Shown: positions 30,941 to 41,300 of the stretch, in pieces
Layout: every line of letters begins with the position of its first letter
Position numbering within the stretch: the first letter of the stretch is position 1
Source: Thecamonas trahens ATCC 50062
Lineage: Eukaryota; Protista; Apusomonadida
Direction: 5' to 3'
Assembly (NCBI RefSeq): GCF_000142905.1
Contig: NW_013657651.1
Span: 62,001 to 126,000, forward strand
DNA: 64,000 nt
Notes under the pieces: generated by a model
Told to the model about the DNA's origin: nothing
The model's database searches: none
Seen by the model: the letters and a program-made list of their open reading frames with translations, nothing else
Made by a program: the position numbers and the translations under genes

Positions 30941-33133
30941 CTACAGCTTGGCCTTGGGGTAGTGCGAAGTGTACTCGGCAAGAGCCCAGAGCGGAAAGAC
31001 GTTCTTGTAGGCGAGGTACGAGATGGAGCAGTTGGCGTTAAACACGCCCTTGATGCGCTCCTCGGTCCAGTTGCCGTCCGGCAGCTGCTTGGAGACAAGG
31101 TAGCGAATGCCGGCATCGATGGGGACGCGGTCCGGGTGGCGAGCCTTGATGAGAGCAAGGAGCGCCCACGCGGTGTTGACCACTTGCGACTCGCACGGCG
31201 AGTACACTTTTTCCGACGACGAGAGGAATGACTCGCCCCAGCCGCCGTCGCTGTTCTGGTTGGCAACCAGGAAGGCGCAGGCCTTGACAAGCGACTTGGC
31301 CGTGGGCTTGCGGCCTGCGGCAATGAGACCCTCGACGCCAAACCAGGTCCCGTAGGTGAAACACACCGCCCACGAGCCGTACCACGAACCGTCAGGAAGC
31401 TGGATGGACTCGATGAACTTGACGCCGCGCTTGATGGCGGCGCGGATTTCCTTGGCCCGGTGGTCCGGAAACTGGGCATGGAAGGCGACGAGAGCCTGGA
31501 CACACTCGGAGGTGCACTCGACGTACTCATAGTCGACCATGATGGCGCCAAAGGTCTCGGACGGGTTAAAGGCCTCGATCCACGGCGGCGACCGCTGGAG
31601 CTCGTACGTGGCCCACCCGCCGTTGGCGTGGTTGTTCTGCAGCGAGAGAATGACGTTGACGGCGTCAAAGAGGCGCTCGGGCGCGATGCGGTCGGCGCGC
31701 GGAACGAGCGAGCTGAGCTGGCGAATCGAGAGGCAGACGCGGAGCGCGAGCGAAGTGCAGTCAGAGATCGGGTGGGTGTGGATGCGCGTCGAGAACGGCC
31801 ATGCGCCCTTGGACTCGTGCCGGTAGTACTTGACCATGTTGGGCACGTTGTCGCGGACCTGGCAGATGTTGATGTACTCGTATCCCGCGTCGAGCGTCGC
31901 TATGTACCGCTCCTTGAGCGGCGAGGCGAGGTAGGCGTGGAGGGTGAACGCCGTGTCCCACAGCTGCGACCCGTTGTAACCCTGCATCTTCATGCCATCG
32001 CCGGCGAGCCAGAGGTAGTCAGCAAGGCGATCGGCGTGCTTGGTCACCGCCTCCGAGACGCCGCCATCGGCAAAGAAGCGGCAAAGCATGTTGATGGCCT
32101 TGTTGACCGGCCCGATGCAGATGTACGACGAGTTCTCGTCCTCGGCCCGAATGTGATCGATGGTCATGTCGAGCGCGGCCTGCCGCAGCGTCGTCGAGTG
32201 GACCGCCTCGTACGCTGCAAGGCTCTTGAACAGCGCCCGGTGGAGAGTGGTGTGCGGGGTGTAGTAGTCGGCGGGGCAGATGTTGGCCCGCGCCGCCGGC
32301 CAGTCGATGGAAAAGTACGGCGCGTTGTAGAGCTCGTTGCGGAGGGCGACAATGAGCGGGGTGATCGGCCCCACAGCCTTGCGTCCGTAGAGGTAGCCCA
32401 TCGGAAGGTACACAATGCGGCAGTGGACCCACCACCGCGACGGATGCAGCGGGAGCCACTCGGGGAGGAGCCAGAGCTCCGGAGGGACCGGATAGAGGCC
32501 GTCCCACTCGTAGACGCCGAGAACCGCGAGCCAGAACTTGCCCCACGACGGCACCGACAGCGCCGATCCGTTCTCGCGCATCCACGCCCGCGCCCGCGCC
32601 ATCCTCGTGTCGTCCGCCGGCACGCCGAGAATGCGCATTGAGACATAGTTGAGGGCAGTGCCAAACATGGTGGTGGGGGACTCGATGTGGAGGCCCCAGC
32701 CGCCCTCCTCGGTCTGCTTTCCGGTCAGGTAGCGGATCATCTCCAGCTTGACCGGCTCACCAAGCTCAGTCCCGGTAATGTATGCCGTGATGATGAGGCC
32801 CGGCATGAGGAAGAGCGGGCCGCCGTAGTCGTTGGCCCAGTGGCCATCCTCGGTGATGATGGCCGAGAGAAAGTCAAAGCCACGGACCATAGCCTCCTCG
32901 GGACCAGAGGGAGGCGCATTGGACAGAGGCACATCCTCTGAGGTATCCATCCACAGATGATAGCGATCAACAACTGACTGCAACTCGGCGAGACCTTGGT
33001 CCGACACCTCATCAGCTGGGTGATACACCCACCTCTGCCGTCCCTCGTCCACCTCGAGCGTCCACCTCCTCAGGTCCGTCCCCTCTACCCCACTCCCTAC
33101 AACGTTGGAGAACTGTTCCGCACTTGCTGACAT
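30941..33133 (-). CDS. CAS1: Oxidosqualene cyclase, cycloartenol synthase type
   Basis: QW repeats, DYGGPLFLMPG, GGWGLHIE, MQGYNGSQLWD, AWPFSTRIHTHPISDCT, DGSWYGSWAVCFTYGTWF. Confidence 0.95.
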   Translation of the reverse strand: MSASAEQFSNVVGSGVEGTDLRRWTLEVDEGRQRWVYHPADEVSDQGLAELQSVVDRYHLWMDTSEDVPLSNAPPSGPEEAMVRGFDFLSAIITEDGHWANDYGGPLFLMPGLIITAYITGTELGEPVKLEMIRYLTGKQTEEGGWGLHIESPTTMFGTALNYVSMRILGVPADDTRMARARAWMRENGSALSVPSWGKFWLAVLGVYEWDGLYPVPPELWLLPEWLPLHPSRWWVHCRIVYLPMGYLYGRKAVGPITPLIVALRNELYNAPYFSIDWPAARANICPADYYTPHTTLHRALFKSLAAYEAVHSTTLRQAALDMTIDHIRAEDENSSYICIGPVNKAINMLCRFFADGGVSEAVTKHADRLADYLWLAGDGMKMQGYNGSQLWDTAFTLHAYLASPLKERYIATLDAGYEYINICQVRDNVPNMVKYYRHESKGAWPFSTRIHTHPISDCTSLALRVCLSIRQLSSLVPRADRIAPERLFDAVNVILSLQNNHANGGWATYELQRSPPWIEAFNPSETFGAIMVDYEYVECTSECVQALVAFHAQFPDHRAKEIRAAIKRGVKFIESIQLPDGSWYGSWAVCFTYGTWFGVEGLIAAGRKPTAKSLVKACAFLVANQNSDGGWGESFLSSSEKVYSPCESQVVNTAWALLALIKARHPDRVPIDAGIRYLVSKQLPDGNWTEERIKGVFNANCSISYLAYKNVFPLWALAEYTSHYPKAKL

Positions 33134-33299
33134 GCTCTTGCTCCAACAACTACCTTCTACTTCTACTCTGTTCTCTTGGCGTCAACTGTCTGTCTTCCCC
33201 TTCCCCCTCTCCCGCTCCTGCTACGTGGCAGCAACTCCCCCTCCCCAGCCCCGAGTCACCCTCTCCTTGTTGGTGGCCACTCTGTGAAATGATGGCCGA

Positions 33300-33315
33300 A
33301 ACGTCACGTGGCCAA
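33300..33315. promoter_or_regulatory. Candidate E-box element (AACGTCACGTGGCCAA) in a divergent promoter
   Basis: CACGTG core. Flanks are shared with elements at 4740-4751 and 51286-51296. Confidence 0.4.
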
Positions 33316-33459
33316 CGACACATTGCTCAAAAGCACGACCTTTTTTTGGGGCAAAGGCCACAGTAGGCAGGCAGATGCGTGGTCGCCAACCGCCCCCCCC
33401 CCCCCCCCGCCCCGCCCACGCCGCACTTTTCTCTCCTCTCCTTCCACACGACAACAAGG

Positions 33460-34026
33460 ATGAGCACGGCGGAAGACAAGGTTATCAAGGTGTATGGGAG
33501 GTGTGCATGTGAGGCGTACGCTGTTCGGGCAGATGGGCCTCTTTTGTTCTCCAGCCTCTGCCATTGCACCATCTGCCGCAAGTGTTCAGGCGCGCCTGTC
33601 TCGCACCTCATTGGCTTTGCCAACCCGCGGTGTGTGAGTGTGGCACCGAGTAGCTTCTTTGAAGCCAACGGACGTGATGCTGATGTATCGGCTGCCGATG
33701 AAGAGGCTACCTTTGCTGCCCTCATCTGCCACAAGACCTCGGAGACCATGTGCCGATACTCGTGCCCACACTGCGGCTCCTCGCTCGTCAACGTCTCGCT
33801 CCTTCCCGAGTCTGCTCCGCCTGGCCCCTTCCGTGATCTGCCTACAGGCATCCTCGAGCATGACGACAATGGCAAGCCCATTGGCTATGCTGACTTTGCC
33901 CCGCAAGCCCACATGTTCTACACCCGCAGGCTTGCCGACCACCTCGACGGCCTCCCCAAGTTTGGCACCTACCCAGGCACCGACCTTGTGCCCGAGACCG
34001 ATGCCGAGCCAGAGTCGGCTGCCTAG
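33460..34026 (+). CDS. GFA/CENP-V (Mss4-like) zinc-binding protein
   Basis: GRCAC, CHCTICRK, RYSCPHCGS, PQAHMFY..R. Confidence 0.9.
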   Translation: MSTAEDKVIKVYGRCACEAYAVRADGPLLFSSLCHCTICRKCSGAPVSHLIGFANPRCVSVAPSSFFEANGRDADVSAADEEATFAALICHKTSETMCRYSCPHCGSSLVNVSLLPESAPPGPFRDLPTGILEHDDNGKPIGYADFAPQAHMFYTRRLADHLDGLPKFGTYPGTDLVPETDAEPESAA

Positions 34027-34274
34027 TTTGAGCCAACCGCATCCGGGCTGGCCACACTCGGGCTGGACACACCCGGGCCGATCACGCCCGATCACGCCCG
34101 ACCAAGCCCCACCCGACCGAGCCGACCGAGCCGACCGAGCCTTCGACGAGTCGCCAGCAGCACTCTACGATCAGTCGACACACATACCCAACCAAACCCT
34201 GACCCGCCGCCACCCACACCTCTCCACCACACCCACCACACCCACCACACCACCACCACCACACCACCACCACC

Positions 34275-34313
<39 letters not shown>

Positions 34314-34316
34314 GCC

Positions 34317-36356
34317 ATGTCCTCGTACTCTGAGTCCCAGCTCAACCGCATTGGTACGCCACCCCGTCCTCTCCCCCACCACCCTCCATCTCCCACCACA
34401 CACACACACCCACTCCCTTCCCCTCCCTCCCCCGCCCCCCCCCTCCTCTCCTCCTCTCTGCCACCGCCACACTCACCCATCTCTTCATACGCAGAGAACC
34501 TCATTGACAGCAAGCATCAGAAGGAGGCAGCGTCCCCACCATCGTCACCGGCACGGGGAGTGGCCATTGCAGGCTCTGCGCCCAATGCTGTGTTTTCTCT
34601 CTCGGGCACTTCACCAAAGGTGGCCACCGTCATCTCGGGCAATGCCATGGGCGATCTGCTGCACTCGAAGGAGTCATCGCTGCCTGGTTGGTCATCAGAG
34701 CAGGATACCAATGCTCAGCCTGGTGGCTCCACTTCGTCAGGGACTACCTTCCGCAAGACCGCTCCGAGAGGCTCGTCAAGAGGCCCGCGCAAGCCCTCGG
34801 CTCTCTCCGCCGCCCTCGAGGCAGAGGGCAGCGCGCCCCACCCGGTGACCGATGCTGTTCGCACGCGCTCGCGCTCGCGCTCGACCAGTGCACAGCGCAA
34901 GCTCGTCGCCGATCTGGATGCTGCAGGCAGTGCCGAGGCCCACAAGGGCGGCAACAAGGGTGGCAACAAGGGCGGCAACATGGGCGGCAAGGGCGGCAAG
35001 GGCGGCAAGGGCGGCAACAAGGGCGGCAAGGGCGGTGACGGCGAGCAGGCCGGCGGCAAGCGCAAGAAGATGACCAAGGCCGAGCGTCGTGCGCTGCAAG
35101 AGGCGCAGCGGGCTGCCAAGGCTGAGCGGCTGGCGGCGGCAGGCAAGGACGGCGGCAAGGGCGGCAAAGGCGGCAAGGGTGGCAAGGGTGGCAAGGGTGG
35201 CAAGGGCGGCAAGGGCGGCAAGGGCGGCAAGGGCGGCAAAGACGGCAAGAGCGGCAAGAGCTGCGGTGGCGACAAGGGCGGAGAGGCCGGAACCGGTCGG
35301 CTGGCGGCGCAGTTTGCACACCTGGAGCAGTTTGCGGAAAAGTCGTCGTTCTCGCTCGGTGTTGGCTTTGCCGCTGACGACATTCACCCCGCGGTCCTCA
35401 AGGTCGGGCTCAAGATGGCCAAGGGCGTGCTTGTGGGTCCGAACGAGCGTTGCGTGGCCATGCTGCGGGCGTTTATGCGTGTGGTGGAGGACTACGTAGT
35501 GCCGGAGAACAAGTCTCTGCAGCGCGATCTGGAGCCGCACTTTAAGCCGCTCATCGGGTTCCTCGTCAAGTGCCGGCCGCTCTCACTCTCGATGGGCAAC
35601 GCCATCAACTGGCTCAAGTTGGCAATCTCGCAGCTGCCGGTCGGCGGGACCGAGCACGCCGTCAAGGAGCTGCTCCTCGACCAGATGGAGCGCTACATCC
35701 GCGACAAGATTGTTGTCGCCGTCCGCTCCATTGCCCAGCTCGGCAACTCGAAGATCCGCGACCGCGATGTCATCCTCACGTACGGCTGGTCGCAGGTTGT
35801 CTCGGCAACGCTCATCGAAGCCGCCGCCGCCGGCAAGTCGTTCCGGGTCATTGTAGTCGACGCGCGGCCCGAGCTCGAGGGCAAGATCATGCTCCGCCGC
35901 CTCACCGCGGTCGGCATCAAGTGCTCGTACGTGCTCATCAACGCCGTCTCGTACGTCGCCCGCGAGGCCACCAAGGTCTTCCTCGGCGCCGACTCGCTCT
36001 TCACCAATGGCGCCGTCCGCGGTCGCATCGGCTCGGCACTCATCGCCTCGGTCGCCGCCACCGCAAACGTCCCGGTCATCGTCTGCTGCGAGGGCTACAA
36101 GTTTTCCAACAAGGTCCACCTCGACGTCTTTGTCAACAACGAGCTCGGCAATCCCGAGGCGCTCGCAGCCTCGGACTCGGCTACCCCGTCGCCGCTCGCA
36201 GACTGGAAGGACAACCCGAACCTGAGCCTGCTCAACCTCCGCTACGACATCATTCCCATGGAGTACGTCTCTCTCATGATCACAGAAGTCGGCCTCCTCC
36301 CGCCTACCTCGGTCCCGGTCATCATCCGCGAGTACCAAGAGCAGGGTGGCCAGTAG
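34317..36356 (+). CDS. EIF2B4: Translation initiation factor eIF2B subunit delta; probable intron 34354-34494
   Basis: TKAERRALQEAQRAAK, IHPAVLKVGL, CRPLSLSMGNAI, FRVIVVDARPELEG, VPVIVCCEGYKF, NELGNP, LPPTSVPVIIR. Confidence 0.95.
   Translation: MSSYSESQLNRIGTPPRPLPHHPPSPTTHTHPLPSPPSPAPPLLSSSLPPPHSPISSYAENLIDSKHQKEAASPPSSPARGVAIAGSAPNAVFSLSGTSPKVATVISGNAMGDLLHSKESSLPGWSSEQDTNAQPGGSTSSGTTFRKTAPRGSSRGPRKPSALSAALEAEGSAPHPVTDAVRTRSRSRSTSAQRKLVADLDAAGSAEAHKGGNKGGNKGGNMGGKGGKGGKGGNKGGKGGDGEQAGGKRKKMTKAERRALQEAQRAAKAERLAAAGKDGGKGGKGGKGGKGGKGGKGGKGGKGGKGGKDGKSGKSCGGDKGGEAGTGRLAAQFAHLEQFAEKSSFSLGVGFAADDIHPAVLKVGLKMAKGVLVGPNERCVAMLRAFMRVVEDYVVPENKSLQRDLEPHFKPLIGFLVKCRPLSLSMGNAINWLKLAISQLPVGGTEHAVKELLLDQMERYIRDKIVVAVRSIAQLGNSKIRDRDVILTYGWSQVVSATLIEAAAAGKSFRVIVVDARPELEGKIMLRRLTAVGIKCSYVLINAVSYVAREATKVFLGADSLFTNGAVRGRIGSALIASVAATANVPVIVCCEGYKFSNKVHLDVFVNNELGNPEALAASDSATPSPLADWKDNPNLSLLNLRYDIIPMEYVSLMITEVGLLPPTSVPVIIREYQEQGGQ
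34944..35260 (+). repeat. Coding (GGK)n 9-bp repeats
   Basis: Two blocks of GGCGGCAAG/GGTGGCAAG in the eIF2B-delta N-terminal region. Confidence 0.9.
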
Positions 36357-36420
36357 CGGGCGAACGCTCTGGCCTCGCGCTCGCCCTTCAAATGAAAAAA
36401 AGCAGCTTGCTTCACGCCCT

Positions 36421-36957
36421 TCACACCACATCGCGGCCCGCCCACCGGGCAGGATCCAGCGCCCGCAGCGCAGCAGCCTCGGCCGCGACCATGACCCGGT
36501 ATTCGTCGTCGTCCTCGTGATCATGCCCGAGCAGGTGCAACATGCCATGGACAACCACCCGCGGCAGAGCATCATCCATCAGTGACAAGCCGTCTCCATC
36601 AGCATCAGCTGCCACCACCGGAAGGCAGACAACGACATCGCCAAGGTCAGCCCCTGGCGGTACCTCGTTGCTTGCCACCACAGCTGTCACGTCGCCACCA
36701 GCCGGAGTGCCGGCGCCCTGGTCGGGCCGCCGCAGCTGAGCCACAGCGTCAAGCGCAGGCACAGCAAGCACGTCTGTCGGCCCGTCCTTGCCCCGTAGCT
36801 CCGCATTGAGCTCGGCCATCTGTAGCGTCGACGCCAGCCACAGTCCCATGTCGGCATGGTCGATGCCAAGTATGCCGCGCAGCGCCTCGGCCGTCGTTCG
36901 CGTCGCCATCACTTTCGCCACCGACAGGCCTCGGCAGGAGACACGCAGCCGGAGCAT
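36421..36957 (-). CDS. ybeY: Endoribonuclease YbeY, probably mitochondrial
   Basis: MAELNAELRGKDGPTDVL, LGDVVVC, and the zinc motif VVHGMLHLLGHDHE. Basic N-terminus MLRLRVSCRGLS resembles a presequence. Confidence 0.9.
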   Translation of the reverse strand: MLRLRVSCRGLSVAKVMATRTTAEALRGILGIDHADMGLWLASTLQMAELNAELRGKDGPTDVLAVPALDAVAQLRRPDQGAGTPAGGDVTAVVASNEVPPGADLGDVVVCLPVVAADADGDGLSLMDDALPRVVVHGMLHLLGHDHEDDDEYRVMVAAEAAALRALDPARWAGRDVV

Positions 36958-37030
36958 GACAATGTCGAAGTTGGAGTTGGGTCGATGTCGTAGGGCAGAC
37001 AAGATGCGATGAGGATGAGGAAGATCAAGG

Positions 37031-37059
37031 TGAGGGTTAGGGTTAGGGTTAGGGTCAGG
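37031..37059 (+). repeat. Interstitial telomere-like repeat TGAGGG(TTAGGG)3TCAGG
   Basis: Seen directly in the sequence. Confidence 0.8.
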
Positions 37060-37148
37060 TAGAGGGGGACGGGGCGAAGGGGGGGGGGGGGGGGGGGTCA
37101 CACACTGCTTTGTTACACGCTCACATTCATTGCCTCTTCGCTCTTCGC

Positions 37149-37847
37149 TCACGAGTCATCGTCGTCAGCAAGGGCGGCATCGGCGCGGGCAAAGGCGGTC
37201 ACGGCCATGCGGAGCAGGATCTCGTCGAGGGCGTAGTGAGCCTTGTGATACTGCTCGGCAGGCATGTCGAAAAAGTAGGCCGCTAGTGAGCCCTGGATGA
37301 CCTCCTGTGAGGCTGCGAGCATGGCCTTGACCTGCGAGAGCCACTCGATGGAGAGCCGTGAGCCCTCACGGTCAATAAAGGTCTGGAAGAGCGTTGCCGC
37401 CCGACGGATGCGCTCCTGAAGGAAGAGGTCGTCGTCGGCGAGGTCCGCCAAGTTGAGGATGCTGTCCATTAGCGCCCGGTTCTCCGCCAGCATGGTTGCC
37501 ACCACAGCCTTGCGCTTCTTCCGCATCTTGGCCTTGGACTTGCTCTTGCCCGACGAGACTGAGCCTGCTGCACCGCCGGCACCGGCCTCAGTCTTGCCCT
37601 TGCCCTTGCCCTTCTTGCTCTTGCCCGTCTTGCTCTTTCCCTTGTCCTTGCCCTTGCCCTTGCCCTTGCCCTTGCCCTTGCTGCTCTTGCCCTTGCCGCC
37701 CTTGCCCTTCTCCACCTCTTCGCACCCTCCGGCCTCGCCCGACGAGCCCGACGACTCGTCATACTCTGAGCTCGTTTCTATCTCACCATGGCCCACCACC
37801 ATCATCGCCATGCCAGTCGCCGCAACCAGCACCCGTCCCCGGTCCAC
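37149..37847 (-). CDS. Hypothetical protein with a (KG)n Lys-rich tract and helical C-terminus; 5' structure unresolved
   Basis: Coding-like 3' half (LAENRALMDSILNL...YHKAHYALDEILL). A possible upstream exon lies at about 37900-38190. Confidence 0.55.
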   Translation of the reverse strand: MDRGRVLVAATGMAMMVVGHGEIETSSEYDESSGSSGEAGGCEEVEKGKGGKGKSSKGKGKGKGKGKDKGKSKTGKSKKGKGKGKTEAGAGGAAGSVSSGKSKSKAKMRKKRKAVVATMLAENRALMDSILNLADLADDDLFLQERIRRAATLFQTFIDREGSRLSIEWLSQVKAMLAASQEVIQGSLAAYFFDMPAEQYHKAHYALDEILLRMAVTAFARADAALADDDDS

Positions 37848-38335
37848 CCCCCCCCCCCCCCCCCCCGCCCCCGCCCCGCCCCAGTCCCCATGTCACGCAC
37901 CTCCCTCGACAATGTGAGTCAGGCGACCAGCGCATCGAGTCGGGCGGCGACCACGTCGTCACCGGGCCGCCCATGTAGAGGGCTTTTTTGAAGAGCAGCA
38001 AGGAAAGAAGGTGAGGCCGACAGAGGTAGCCTCTCCTTCCCTCTCGCATGCTTCCCTTGTCTACTACCTCTGTCACTCGCCTTGCTAATACTCTTTCAAA
38101 TGCGTACCCTTCCGTGCCTTCTTCGCCATGTTGCAACAGGTAACGAGCCGAGTGACCCTCGACAACCTCAAACCGCTCCCCATCAAACACCTTTGCCCAT
38201 CACTGCTCCCCCCACCAGCAAATATTCAATAAAAATAGTGTCACCCACCCCCCATCCTCCCCACCCACCCACCCCCTCCTCCCCCTCCCCTCCCTCACCC
38301 CCACACCCCCACCCCCCCCCCCCTCCACACACACC

Positions 38336-41300
38336 ATGGAAACCGCAGCCATGTTTGACGCTGCGGTGGAGACACTGATGCCTAGCGGCGGCGAGAATGG
38401 CACTCAGGCTATGCTCGGTCTGGCGTCACCACCTGCGGCTCGGAAGGATGCTCTGGCGTACTTACAGACTCTTGCTGGCTCGCATGAGATGTGGAACTTG
38501 GCTCTGTATCGCGTCCGTGAGCCTGATGGTCTTCCGGCGGCTCGTCACTTTTGCCTTAGCCTCCTCGCTGACCGTCTCGACTTGCTGGTGGCCGATGGCG
38601 ATGCCGATGGTCTCGCCCGTGCTCCGCTGGACAAGCTTGTCGGGGTGGCCATGGATCAGGTTGCTCCCAATGGGGTTCTCTGCCCAGGCTATGTGCTGGG
38701 CAAGCTGGCGCAAGTCGTTGTCGCCGCAGTCAAGGCCCGCGCTGCCCTTCAAGGGCCCGAGGCCTTTGTTGACGGCCTCTTTGCCAGCCTTCTCCTGCCG
38801 GCGCTCAAGACCGACGAGCCGGCCATGGTCGCCTTCTTTCTCGTTGCCTGCAAGGAGATGCACCAGGCCATCATCGACAACGACATCCGCCGCTCGAATC
38901 CGGACGCCGCACTGTGCAGCGCCATTCTCAAGCACATGCGCGAGTCAGGCCTTGCCGCAGCCCTTGTCGACGCCATCCTCCACATCGCAGACGCCCACGG
39001 CCACGACTCGAGCCTGGTAGCTCTTGCGCTCGAGGTCCTCGCCGAGGTCACTGCCTGGGTCGACGCTCACCTGGTGGTCACAGATGAGGTCCTCTCGCTC
39101 CTCTATGCCCAGCTGCTCTCCACTCCGCGCGGCGCCACCGCCCAGGCCATCGACGCACTCGAGGAGCTTGTCTCCAAGGGCATGCCGCCGGCCGAGAAGC
39201 TCGCCCTCATCCAGTCGCTCGCTCTCCCGGCCTTGCTCGACGGCATGGCCCTCTCGCCGCACACTCCGCCAGACTCGCACGAGTTTGACGTCGTCGTCGC
39301 CCTCGCTGGCCTCGTCAAGGCCTGCGTCCTCACCCTCTGCTCCTCGTGGTTCAAGATGGTCCGCGACGAAGCCAATCTCGCCACCGACGACGACCACCTC
39401 ACGGCCTCGTACCTCCGCGACGCCATCTTTGAGTGCCTGCAGATCTCGCTCGCCTTTGCCGCCGCAGACGCACCCGAAATCGTCGCCCACACCGTCGCCG
39501 GTGCCACAGACTTTGTCTCGCGCTTCAAGCGGGCCGCTGCCTCGGGCCCCATCACAGCCTCGCTCATCCTCGATGGCAACATGGCCTCCCTCCTTGTCGC
39601 CCTCCTCGAGCTCGTCTCTATCAAGTCGCGCCTCCCGCCGGGCTACACCCCGCACGACCCGGAGAACACCCATTCGGGCCCGTGCCTCTCCATTCTTGTC
39701 GACGAGTCGTCCATTGAGGCCTTCCGCGCCTCGCTCCTCTCGCTCTTCAAAAACGCCGCCGGCCTCTCGCCCATGCTCACCATGGCCTGGCTCCGCACCG
39801 CTCTCCAGGCTGGCCTCTGCGACCCGGACCGCGCCATTGTTGCCGAGCCGCTGGTAGGCATGTTCTACGCCCTCGGTCACGTCCTGCAGGTCGAGTTTGC
39901 TAGCGCCGTCGCCGGCGAGGCCACTCCAGGCATCGGTCGCCACGCCCAGCTGCCCACCCTCGACGGCATCATCGCCGCCGCCGAAAACACCCGCCACGGC
40001 CTCGCTCTCGGCGACGCCGGCGACGTCGGCGCCGTCTTCCTCATCGACACCTTCCTGGACATTATCGATGCCGACCTGCTCGCCGACGACGACCTCGCCC
40101 TCAAGCGCGCCATGTATGAAGTCCTCGCCCGCTACTGCCCGCTCCTCAGCCACGCCGGCAACTCGGTGGCGCCGGTCTTCCTCTCGCTCCTCGACAAGGG
40201 CGGCATCCAGTGCGGCCACCCGTCGCTTGTCCCGCGCTTTGGCGCCCTCGTTGTCAAGCTCGCCACCGAGCTCACCCACCAGCTCGCTGCCCACCTCGAC
40301 GTCATCCTCAACACCGTCCTCCTCCTCCTTGTCCCGTCGTCCATCGACGAGGTCTCGCCGGCGGCGCCGGCCGTCGCCGAGGCCGTCGGCATCCTCCTCG
40401 TCCACAACGAGTCGAGCCTCTCCGACGACGCCCGCCACTCGGTCCTCGACCACCTGCTCGACGGCCTCTGTTCGCTCATCGAGTCGGTGGTGGGCAACGC
40501 GTCCAATGGCGCCCTCTCGTCCGACGACGCCGCAGACGTCGTCACCCACTTTGTCTTTGTCGCCGCCTCGCTCTCCAAGGCCATCACCGCCGCCTCGGGC
40601 CTCGGCCACCACTTTATGTCCGCCTACGAGCGCATTCTCTCGGCCGTCTGGCAGCTCGGCATGCTCACGCCGCCGCTCACCTCAAAGGTCTTCTCTTTCG
40701 TCCACTGCATGGTCGACACCCTCGGCGACGGTGTGCTCTCGGGCCTCAACCCACTCGCCACCATGTTCCTCACCCTTCCCGAGGCCTACGATTCGGACGC
40801 AGTCACATCGGTCGCCCTCTTTATCGGCCTTCTCAACCAGCTTGTCGCCCGCTTCAAAGACGCCGTGGTCCCTGTCGCCGCTGACATCCTCCCGCGCGCC
40901 GTCGCCGCCGTCGAGACCGCCGCCGCCTCGTCGCCATCAGGCCACTACGGCCACCGCGCAGCCCACGGCGTCCTCTCCGAGTACGACCGCGAGGTCGACG
41001 GCCTCACCCGCGCAGCCCTCGCCTGGCTCGTCACCATGTTCACCCACGGTGTGGCCGAGCAGGTCTTCTCTGTCGCCGCCGCATCGTCTGATGACGTCGT
41101 CGCCCTCCTCACCACCCTCGCCGCTGTCGCCCGCCCCGGCGGTACACAATGCCGCCGCGCTCTCTTCCAGCTCGCCCGTGCTGTTACCTCCACATGGCTC
41201 ACTCCGGGCTCGTCCTCGCTTGCCGGCATTGACTCGTTTGTCTACGACACTGCACTCTCACTCGGCTTCTCCATCGTCCTTGACCCCGCCTTTGACATGA

